DNA from: Albugo candida
Taxonomy: Eukaryota
Assembly: GCA_040437565.1 (NCBI GenBank)
Contig: JBDOQK010000001.1
Span: forward strand, 62,001-126,000
Reading direction: 5' to 3'
DNA length: 64,000 nucleotides
The notes below the pieces were generated by a model. That model was given only the letters and a program-made list of their open reading frames with translations. It was not told the origin of the DNA and did not search any database. Positions 11,731-21,300 of the stretch are shown here, piece after piece. Every line of letters begins with the position of its first letter. Within the stretch, counting starts at the first letter, position 1. Made by a program: the position numbers and the translations under genes.

Positions 11731-14204
11731 AGTAAGCAGAATTCATTTCATAGAATCGTATTTACAAAGCAAAAGCATTTTTTTGGCGACTGTCCGTTTC
11801 CGTCTCGCAATGAAAGCGCTCAACGATCTCAAAGACTTGGAGTTTCGATGTTTGACCTATGATCCACGCTAGTCATCCTAATAAAACCAATGAGTTGTTT
11901 TGCCAAAAACAAGTGTAGCGATCTCGTGCCCTGATGTGTCACAACGGCGCCAATCTGTAAAAGAGCGACACGATACATCTCTACACAATTGTACTTTTGG
12001 TAACCGGTACTTTGCATCGATGCTGCGTCGCCGTGCGACAGCATTTGACATTGGCTGCAAATTTGCATAGTACTCAACAAATTGCTAAAGCTGGACTAGC
12101 GCTGATGTTCATAGGTGAATCGCTTGAAATTCAGGGTTTTCCAATCGGCGGGTTGTCAAGCACGTTGAATCCTTCAAGCCATCATATTTGGACTCGCCAT
12201 CGAGAATTCACACAAAAGACGCATGTACGATCATTTCTTCCAGCTTCAAAAACTCCGTTCTGAGCAATATGACCAGATGCGTTGTCGCTCCATCCGAAAT
12301 AGAAGGCGCCTGGATTGGTTCTCAATCAAAATCAAATGCAGAAAACGGAGAAGCTCGATTATGATTGATTTTGAGCTTTGCCTCGTGTCTAATTGCCGTA
12401 ATTTCGATCGCAGTGAGCTTTGAAAGCCAATCAATCGGTGATACACTGTTATCGAAAGTAGTTCGACGCACTGTGCTTATATTGCCCTTCTACCAACCTT
12501 AGCCCACCATACTTCCTCTTTTCAGCACAAGATTTATTTCCAATACCTGAATAGTCGGTTGCCTACTTCCCGATTTTTGTGTACAAATTACTGCGAGTCT
12601 GAGCTTACCCTTGACGTAGTCTGTGTGGAGATGATTCTGAAATAGGTCATGAAGTCCGTCTGAAGACATCACTGATGCTTTCTGGTTATAAGCATGCGCA
12701 TCATGCTCTAGATCACCCTGTCCGTAGCACGAATAGGTCACAATCAAAAAACGCCGAAATAACAACTTCATCGTTCGAATAAGTCATCATCCCGGCTGTC
12801 TTAGACTTCAATTTCTCGGATCCTTTAATCCCAACTCTGCCTTCTCGCTGCTGAGAGGTTTATTGGCATCTTGTACCCAACTTGGTCCCCGCATTGTTGC
12901 TTTTCCAATGGAATACTTCCAAACCAAGTAGAGCAATGCCACCCCAATCAAAGTCCGAACCATAGAGTCTGTTCATGAGGTATCAGATTCAGAAATGTGG
13001 ATGGGATATGATCTGATTCAACTCCCGATCACTTAGTCCCGATAAAATAAACGTATCTTCTTTTTTGTGTTTCTTTGTCCGTAAACTATTCCAGCTGTTT
13101 TTTTATGCTTTTTGTACCGTTGTGTTGGCAAATATCAATCAGAGAGACTGCTTACGATCCAGTTCTTCTTAATTCATTCGGTGTAATCGATGAATGCCAT
13201 CAGCACCGAGCATGAAACCATTATCTAATAAGGAATCCAGCCTTGTTTGAACCCAAAGCGAATTCTTTTTTTCTCCATTTACATTGCCTTCGTTATCTCT
13301 CCTCTGCGACATGTTTTGTATGTTAACCAATGCTCTCCTCTCAGTTGCGATTGTATGTAGGAAAGTTTGATTATCCCCAATTACTATTGCTGCTTATCGA
13401 AATGAAAAAAATTTCTTCCATTGATTCTGTTCATCTTCTTGCAGAAATCACGATTTGGTGCTTACGGTATTATCCGTGACATAATGTTCGAGTATGCTTG
13501 TGAATAAGCAACTTTTGCTCGCTGAGACAATTTCTACTTTTATGTCGACGGAAGATTCGACGTAATCATCTTAATCGTGTTTCTAGAGGTCTATGTACAC
13601 AGGGTCTGCGTCAGCCTTTGCCTTTGTCGCGTTGTTGTCGTCCAATCTTGTTTTCCTGTCAACTTTTGAATCGACGAGCCGACCACTACGTAAGACGAAA
13701 AAATATGGCGACATAAGCTGGATTGATGTGGCGTTCGGCAAGTATAGGAAGAGGTGGGGTCCGCCCCAACTCAGTTAAGGGTGTTCGCCGTAGTACTTTT
13801 ATTTGGACACCTTTCTGTTACTACAGTTTGGTGGTTATCTACTCTATTCTAATCACTAGTATGTAACGCTCNNNNNNNNNNNNNNNNNNNNNNNNNNNNN
13901 NNNNNNNNNNNNNNNNNNNNNNNNNNNNNNNNNNNNNNNNNNNNNNNNNNNNNNNNNNNNNNNNNNNNNNNGTGTTCGCCGTAGTACTTTTATTTGGACA
14001 CCTTTCTGTTACTACAGTTTGGTGGTTATCTACTCTATTCTAATCACTAGTATGTAACGCTCTGAAGAGCCCGGTCCAACTCCTGTACAGTTATTTTCTG
14101 GCGTAGTTGCCAGCGGTCTTGACACGTCCATTTTTTCATTGAGTAGGTTGATGTTTACGTGGAGGAATCTTTGCCTCCGCCGAGGCGCCGCATCGCAGCC
14201 CTTT

Positions 14205-14266
14205 TGCCACCGCCGGGACTCGAAGCGGGGTACACACGGTCGGAACACATGTGTACTATTCGCTAA
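14205..14266 (-). pseudogene. Degenerate tRNA-like fragment
   Basis: Minus strand shows a stem-loop acacatg/cgtgtgt, a B-box-like cttcgagtccc and an acceptor-like 3' end cggtggca. Confidence 0.35.
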
Positions 14267-14287
14267 GCCCCCCCGACGGGGTCTTTT

Positions 14288-14352
14288 TGGTGTCAGCGGT
14301 GGGTTCTGAACCCACGAGTGCGAACACAGTAGAACTTGAGTCTACTGTGTTC
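14288..14352 (-). pseudogene. 3' half of tRNA-Leu(CAA) with encoded CCA
   Basis: Minus strand: anticodon arm gtaga-ctcaagt-tctac, variable arm gtg-ttcg-cac, T arm gtggg-ttc(a)gaa-cccac, acceptor strand cgctgac-a, then CCA. The D arm and 5' acceptor strand are missing. Confidence 0.7.
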
Positions 14353-14353
14353 T

Positions 14354-14455
14354 AAAAGTGAGATACTTCTCGATTTATGCGTGTCATCCTTGCGCAGGGG
14401 CCATTCTAATCTTCTCTGTATCGTTTCAATTTTTCGGATGACCACAGAGTGGTTC
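14354..14455 (-). ncRNA. U6: U6 snRNA gene copy (possibly non-functional)
   Basis: Minus strand: 5' hairpin accac-tct-gtggt, then aaaattgaaacgatACAGAGAagattagaatggcccctgcgcaaggatgacacgca, ending in tttt. This matches the conserved U6 core except for two substitutions. Confidence 0.93.
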
Positions 14456-14508
14456 CTTCCGCCCCAGCTCAGTCGGTTGAGCACTTGAGCGCGACTTCTC
14501 AATTTGCC

Positions 14509-15170
14509 GGCTACTAAGTAACCAGCCAATTTAGTAAAACAGCTCGAAAAAACAAACTTTTTCAACTCCTTCCTCTCGAAAACAATGGTTCAAGTCGACA
14601 TATCGACACAACCAAGGGTGCTAGCGTCCACTTGTAGTGACGTGGCAACCCTCATGAGTCACCCTGTTTTGGGTGATTGTATGATTGTTNNNNNNNNNNN
14701 NNNNNNNNNNNNNNNNNNNNNNNNNNNNNNNNNNNNNNNNNNNNNNNNNNNNNNNNNNNNNNNNNNNNNNNNNNNNNNNNNNNNNNNNNTTTCAGAAGCC
14801 GAAGATCATTACTGCGGGTACGGCACAGACAAGTCAAAATGCAAGTGCAACTCAGATCCAAGTCCTAGTTGGCTGGTTCTGCTCACCGTAGTGTGACGCA
14901 CACCAATTTGCGAACCACGGTACTTTTGGACCATTTTTACAACTTTACAACTTTACAACTTTGCAGCATTTACAAGCTGGCCACAGTCTCGTATTTTTTT
15001 AAGGGTGCTGAGGCTACTACGATACGAGATTATCAACGAAAAGACATCTTATCATCTCTCACAGGTATTTCCCGAAACGTTTTTTATATGTGTATATATA
15101 TATGTTATTTAAAGATAGCCTAGGCAACTAGAGAAGTCAGTTAGTCTAATTCTAGTAATATAGACACCTT
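14509..15170 (+). mobile_element. Another copy of the same LINE family: 5' end, N gap, ORF2 C-terminus and 3' end
   Basis: The 5' part matches 3464-3550. 14790-14891 encodes KIITAGTAQTSQNASATQIQVLVGWFCSP*, homologous to RIIGASPALSSRNVSAMTTLVLAGWLRSA* (ending 3332). 15112-15170 matches 3371-3430. Confidence 0.65.
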
Positions 15171-16535
15171 CAACTGAGCCCACCCAAGCAATAAGCTTGG
15201 AAAATATCTGCCTCCCTAGGTTTGAAGTCAGACTTAAGTGAGATTCACACGGTCAGGGCTCATGATAGGATAAGGAAGGTAGTTAAAGAACCAGATAAAC
15301 AGTGTAATGAAATCGTTGACAAAGTATAGGAGGAGGCATTGTGTGTTCCTCTTGAAAAGTGCAGCATGTAGGGGCCAAACTATGTTGTAATTCCCAGGTA
15401 CACTTTATATTATCAGCATTGTTCTTAAAGAGCCGAGTTGCTTATTTTCAATATGTAAAATAGATAGCTTCTATAACATGAATTCTTCTGAAAATTAATC
15501 TTTAATACTCTGCACAGGAAGTCGGAAGAGCAGCTATGAAATTTCCCTCAATAGAGCACTTTATACTGATTTGAACAGCACACAAGGCTCGCAAAATGCA
15601 TCCGATTCTGATCCATCATGTCTTACAGTCATGCCATAGAATCACAAGCTTGTCTGCATGAATCTAAACAACAGTTTTTGCCTACACTGCCTCCTTTCTC
15701 TGCGTGCTAAATGGAAAGGCAACGGTCTTCATGGAAGGCAGGTGAGGTCTTCAAGGCGGATCGTCACGATTATTTCGATCAGTGAGACGGCAGTGATCAA
15801 TACGCACGACCGAAAGTACATCTTTGCTGAATCCAAGTAGTCCGTATGAGATCCTGGAGGGAACGATGTTCGAGAGTATACGATGAAATAATGGAGGAGG
15901 ATGGCTTTGGGGAAGTCAAATCAGCTCTGGAGGCACTGTTTCTTGTAAGTATCCATTCTACTCGAAGACCTTTTTCTGACTACTGCACCAAGAAATGCTG
16001 AAGCGGTACAAAGCCGTATGTACGGTTACGAGGTACTCACAATTTTTATAACAGCAACCAATGCTTGATGAAAAAAACGGAAGGATTCAAAAGTAGTATC
16101 GGAAGGCATGATTGGCTGAAAGTATTGATTACTAGCAAAGCTGGTCCTACATTAGAAAGATAGATATAATAGCGGTTTGGTGTGGGTAATTCTACGAAAG
16201 CGGCTCATTGGATATAAAACTGCAAGGAATATTGCTGTACGCATTCCATAATCTCGTTGTTTATGGTTACACATTGCATTGTGATAAACACCTCCATGAA
16301 GTCTTGTGCGCTTATTCGCGGGGACTGCTCAGACTTCTGAAGACATCCGAGATGCGGGGCTCTAAGCTCTCAAACTTGATTATTGAGAAATTATTGTAAG
16401 AAACTGCTTGCGATCGACCCTGTGCATGCAAAACGTACCCAAACATGCCCTAGTTTCAATTTGGAATTTTCGATATACAATGTCAAACGTGGGATGCGAC
16501 TAGGTCTGATTTTGGTCGAATTCACTGCACACTGG

Positions 16536-16549
16536 TCATTCGCACATTC
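16536..16549 (+). promoter_or_regulatory. Oomycete INR+FPR-like core promoter
   Basis: tcattcgcacattc, 30 bp before the ATG at 16566, resembles the oomycete YCAYTYYNNAWTTY initiator plus flanking motif. Confidence 0.5.
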
Positions 16550-16565
16550 CCCGTTTAGTGCACAG

Positions 16566-17216
16566 ATGCTTCGAACACTATCCATACTACTCAGCTTTGT
16601 TTGCTTGAACGCGGAAGATCAAGATGCTGACTGTATGATAAACGATACGTTACGCGTGTTCTTGATGTATGGAAAAAACAATTGTCAGCAAAAACAGGGT
16701 AAAGGATGGGAGGAGATCGGCACGGAGCTGGGCAAAATTTTGGAAAATGTGGAAAACGACCGTGCAAATACAGAATCTACTCGTCAATCTGCGCCACGCA
16801 GCCTTTCACCGAAGAAATCTGACATCAAAGCGGCCTTTATGCAATCGGACACGAATGTGCATAGCGAACAATCTGATTCCGAGGGGTTGACAGTGGCGAG
16901 CTGTAAAGAAATTTTCCGTGCTAGCCACACCGTTCTGAAGAATCTTGAAGCGAAAATACCCGGTTGGCCCGCCGTGCGAGCAAAATGTCCATCTATGGAA
17001 GGTATTGCAGCTGGACAATTCGTAATATTTCTGTACTCCCTTGTTACACAAGAAATCCCTTTCGAGCAAAAACAGTCCCGAATTGCCGCAATTCCCCAAG
17101 TCACCATCACCGCTCTGATTGCCGGATACGCAGCGGACTTCGTTTGGGCCAGGGGTCTCAAACTTCTTGAGAAATTTGAGCGTTCATGCAGGAATGTTGA
17201 TCCAAATGGAGCCTAG
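16566..17216 (+). CDS. Orphan putative secreted protein, 216 aa
   Basis: Intact single-exon ORF. N-terminus MLRTLSILLSFVCLNA is signal-peptide-like and there is an INR/FPR-like motif upstream. No recognised domain. Confidence 0.55.
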   Translation: MLRTLSILLSFVCLNAEDQDADCMINDTLRVFLMYGKNNCQQKQGKGWEEIGTELGKILENVENDRANTESTRQSAPRSLSPKKSDIKAAFMQSDTNVHSEQSDSEGLTVASCKEIFRASHTVLKNLEAKIPGWPAVRAKCPSMEGIAAGQFVIFLYSLVTQEIPFEQKQSRIAAIPQVTITALIAGYAADFVWARGLKLLEKFERSCRNVDPNGA

Positions 17217-18194
17217 AATGCATATATCAGATGAATTCAGTCCGACATAATCTGCAAGACAAAATTTGCTTTTTGCTCTAAGCTTCCACTTGTTGTCAGT
17301 CTTTCTCTGTTCATTAAATATTCAGCACGAGTATTTGTGCTCGTTTCTAGAGCATCAGTAATTGACATGATCTTGCTGTCTAATCTATATCCTATATCAC
17401 ATTGAAATGCCGTCCTTTATTTGGGATATTGCAGTTCATAGTAATATGTAATGGTGGAAGCATATTAGGAAATTCTCGACTTGCAATCGGCTAATTTTCG
17501 TACGCATTTATAGCCAATTATGTAAAGGCATTCTTGGTTTCGTTGAGAATTTGAGAGCTTTGGGAAGCTTGATCGCTTGATCGCTTGATAGATTTGTGTC
17601 TCTTTTAACACGATGGCTCTTGGAAGAGCCCTTTATCGCAATTACAGTCAAGGCCCACGTGTGGTTTAATGTGGGAATAATCAGAAGACAAAGGAGACAT
17701 CAAGTAGCAGTCCATCCGGATCGAAACAAACCAAGGACTGATAGTATGAATGACAAGTATGTCATTTCTGCGGCCTATCAAGAGCAAGATCGCATCTTAG
17801 AATATCAACTTGGATGGCCGCGTGGGTTTTCATTGCCGCAAGTTTTGATCTAGATTCCTCACCTTCTGCATGAAAAAAACCCTCTTCAAGACAAATATCA
17901 GCCCCGATCACGCCTCAGCAATGCCCGCAGTAAAGATACCGTGAATACGAAGATTCGTCGTGTTCGGTCGACGATGCAATGAAAAAAGCGTACTCATACA
18001 ACATATCCATCTCTCAAAGTGGAGTGAGTGCCAAAAGGATACCAAGGATCAGATCAGAATAATTAATACGGTGATTCATTTACTTTCGGGACAATCCATA
18101 TTTACAAAACTACATCTTGCAGTTGAAACCATCATGCTTTACGCATTCACTAATCATATCAAGTCAGCTATCCGGGTCACGATCAGCCGAAAGT

Positions 18195-18316
18195 ATAGAC
18201 TGATGCCTGTAGGAATAAAAATAAGAATCTCTTAAAGCATTCAGCAAAGTGTGTCGTCATAGACTGATGCCTGTAAGAATAAAAATAAGAATCTCTTAAA
18301 GCATTCAGCAAAGTGT
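18195..18316. repeat. Tandem direct duplication, 2 x 58 bp with 1 mismatch
   Basis: atagactgatgcctgtaRgaataaaaataagaatctcttaaagcattcagcaaagtgt at 18195-18252 and 18259-18316. Confidence 0.9.
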
Positions 18317-21300
18317 TCAATTGACAGAACGACTTTTAAATCGAAGTGGACACACTTCGATTTCCATGCTACCATCAACAGGACTTCACTGATCACATAG
18401 TGTGCTTTGATTGTAGGATGTACACATAACTAAGACCACTGCAACTGGAGCGCCCTATATCCCGAACTTGCTGTTTAGCCTGCTATGTCTCTAATGATGT
18501 TATGCAATGATCTGTTTTTAGCTCACACCCTACCTACTTAGACTCGGTAGAAAGAAGAGCGTATGCGACCGCTGCCATCCTCCTGTGAACTAAGAAGTAC
18601 CTATATTAACAGCAAACTCGGATAGTTTGGTGCTGTCCATATCCACGTAGCATGATTTCTAAATAAAGTGTTGGCGAGGCTCTATGTCTTAAATCTTAAA
18701 GTTTGGCATCATGCGTAGCACGTAGCCTTCAAATTATCAAGTGTGGTCGCACTCAATATATCATTCTTGTACCAACGTTTGTTCTACTGGGCTCAAACTC
18801 CGACAGCGCCGTTATCAAATGGTGAAGGATCAGAAAAGGTAGAACGCGTTTTTTACGCTGTGCAAGATACAGCTCGATAAACACTGGAGAATGCTTTTAG
18901 CTTTACGTTGTGGAAGCCACATCGGGTACTTCCTAAAATCTTCAAGTTCTAGCGCAATGGCATTTCTTCTAGCCACAGAGTGTTCTGTTATTGCATTCGG
19001 ATGATGATGCACACATTTATCTTGTAATTTAAAAGTGGAATGAACAAATTGCATCACGTCCTTGACATGCACACACGTCGCATCAGTCACAAAGAGCAGC
19101 AACACTCTTTCTAATGGAGTATCCCGGAGTCAACGATGCCTTTAACCGTGGAAATTGCCGTATACTTCCAGAATGTGCATCATGTTTTNNNNNNNNNNNN
19201 NNNNNNNNNNNNNNNNNNNNNNNNNNNNNNNNNNNNNNNNNNNNNNNNNNNNNNNNNNNNNNNNNNNNNNNNNNNNNNNNNNNNNNNNTGGAATGAACAA
19301 ATTGCATCACGTCCTTGACATGCACACACGTCGCATCAGTCACAAAGAGCAGCAACACTCTTTCTAATGGAGTATCCCGGAGTCAACGATGCCTTTAACC
19401 GTGGAAATTGCCGTATACTTCCAGAATGTGCATCATGTTTTGTGTATTCGCCTTTATTAGATACCCGGTGGTAGCTTCGAGTTGACAGCTTTCTGGCTGG
19501 TGCCTGATTAGTCATTAGGTTGCAACATTACGGTTAAAAGTTGGTATTTTGCTACCGCTAGTTGCTACGCTAAAAGTCATTGGAATGGATAAGTGTCCTG
19601 GATGCATTATTTCTCATTTCGATCAGTATCTGCCCATAGTAATGATGCATCTACTTTGGCATTTGTATTCCAGTCGCTGAGAATGGCGCTCACTAAATTC
19701 TGCGAATGGCATAATCGTGCAATTTAGTATGATTGTAAAAGTTTCCAATCTAGAGTACCGCACAATAGAGACATACGTTTCGCCTCCGCATTATGTAGCC
19801 TTTCGAAAATGATTATGATATTCTGTACGTATAATAGTGAGAAAGAAGTATAGGCGCGCTACTGTGAGAGGATGTAGATCTAATCGATGTGAAGCGTCCT
19901 CTACTATTCTAATTTTTTGCTGAGATTTGCTCTCTCACAAACAAGTTATATTGAATTAGGGAGAAATTGCAATCATATTCTTGACTGTGCAATTGTCAAA
20001 ATGTGATTGATTGCGTGCGCGCTATTTTGATGGGTTAACGACTTGGCTTGGAGATCAGGAAGCATCATGCGGTTGGTTTTCATAACAGCGTTTACCCGCT
20101 TAATGAAAAAGAAATCAAGAAACTTGGCAGCAAACGCTGTTAGATGTCCGACAGTGACGGAATCGATCATATCAGCAAGAAAGCTCCCCATAAAGTATTT
20201 GAAGAGATACATAACTATTACTAGCCGCATTGTACATGAGTCTTGAGATTGTAGAAGCGCTAAATTACACCAGTGTCAAACAGTGCCGCGATAGTCGGGA
20301 ATATATGTCAAATATATGTCTCATCCAGAACGGACTACAAGCTTTAGTCACAATCTGGATGCGCTTGACCGAACTGGTTGACAGCCACCACTTATCTATA
20401 ATGTATCTCTTGCACAATTGGTGTTTTTTGTCTTCGTCGCACGATGCTTTGTGTGACTGCTGCGATTCTTGAGGCGAAAAAAAGTCTATCTCAGGGTTGT
20501 CGTTATTTATTATAGCTGAAGTAGGAACAATCGCAATTGCAGAAACGCTGACGACCTCGCGCGAAGCTCTCCTTTTAGTGTTATGAAAATGCCTCGGCAT
20601 CACATCATGATGTGTTAGCCTCCCGATAGTTCAGTCAGAGTCTTGATGCAGTAAGAAGTAGCCGAAACGTTACAAGTGGTTCTTTATGAGGTCACATTTG
20701 ATTTCCACAAAGCTCTTCTGCAATAAATACTCAAGGTTGCCAATCGTACTATGGATCTTTCGAGTGCACATTTCGGTATACTACCCATCATACTGAAGCT
20801 GTGACAGGTCATATGGAGGTTTCAACCATTGCGCAGTACAGCTCAAAACGTCGCTATATTCTATTGGGCTCTTTAAAGTTCGAAGTGTGTTGATAGCATC
20901 GAGTGTGCATCACGAAACCTGCCATTTGATCGATATTATCGAATCCAGGCTCCTCACAACTACAAATTATCGCAACCATTCTCAGCTTTTCGAAGTGCGG
21001 AGGTAGCGTATGAATGCGTGCGTGGTAAACAAAGTTTTCATTTCTGCTTCAGAAAATTCTATACTACACGCCTCATTGAAAAACCATCGCACACTTGCGA
21101 CATTATGCTCATGACATGAAATTCGTAGGTCTAGCTATTACTACAGTTAAGCTCATGTTCTTTCATTCGATTTCGTAGTTTGCTACCTACGATTCGAGTA
21201 GCACGATAGAAGCGATACCAGAAAGCTTCCATGTCAAAGCCGGGGAAGCCATTTAAGGAAGTCATATAATAAAGACATTGGAATAAGTATGGCAATAAAC

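Noticed and set aside
13700..13746. Possible U1 snRNA start (atacttgccg on the minus strand)
   Set aside because: It mismatches the invariant ATACTTACCTG, and no U1 stem-loops or Sm site are recognisable.
14288..14305. tggtgtcagcggtggg as an LTR-retrotransposon primer-binding site
   Set aside because: Complementarity to the tRNA extends ~60 nt, far beyond a PBS, and I found no adjacent LTR ending in CA.
15658..19700. Scattered CxxC motifs (CLHC, CASC, CPGC) as CHXC/CCG effector genes
   Set aside because: None is linked to a signal peptide in an intact frame, and such short motifs arise by chance.
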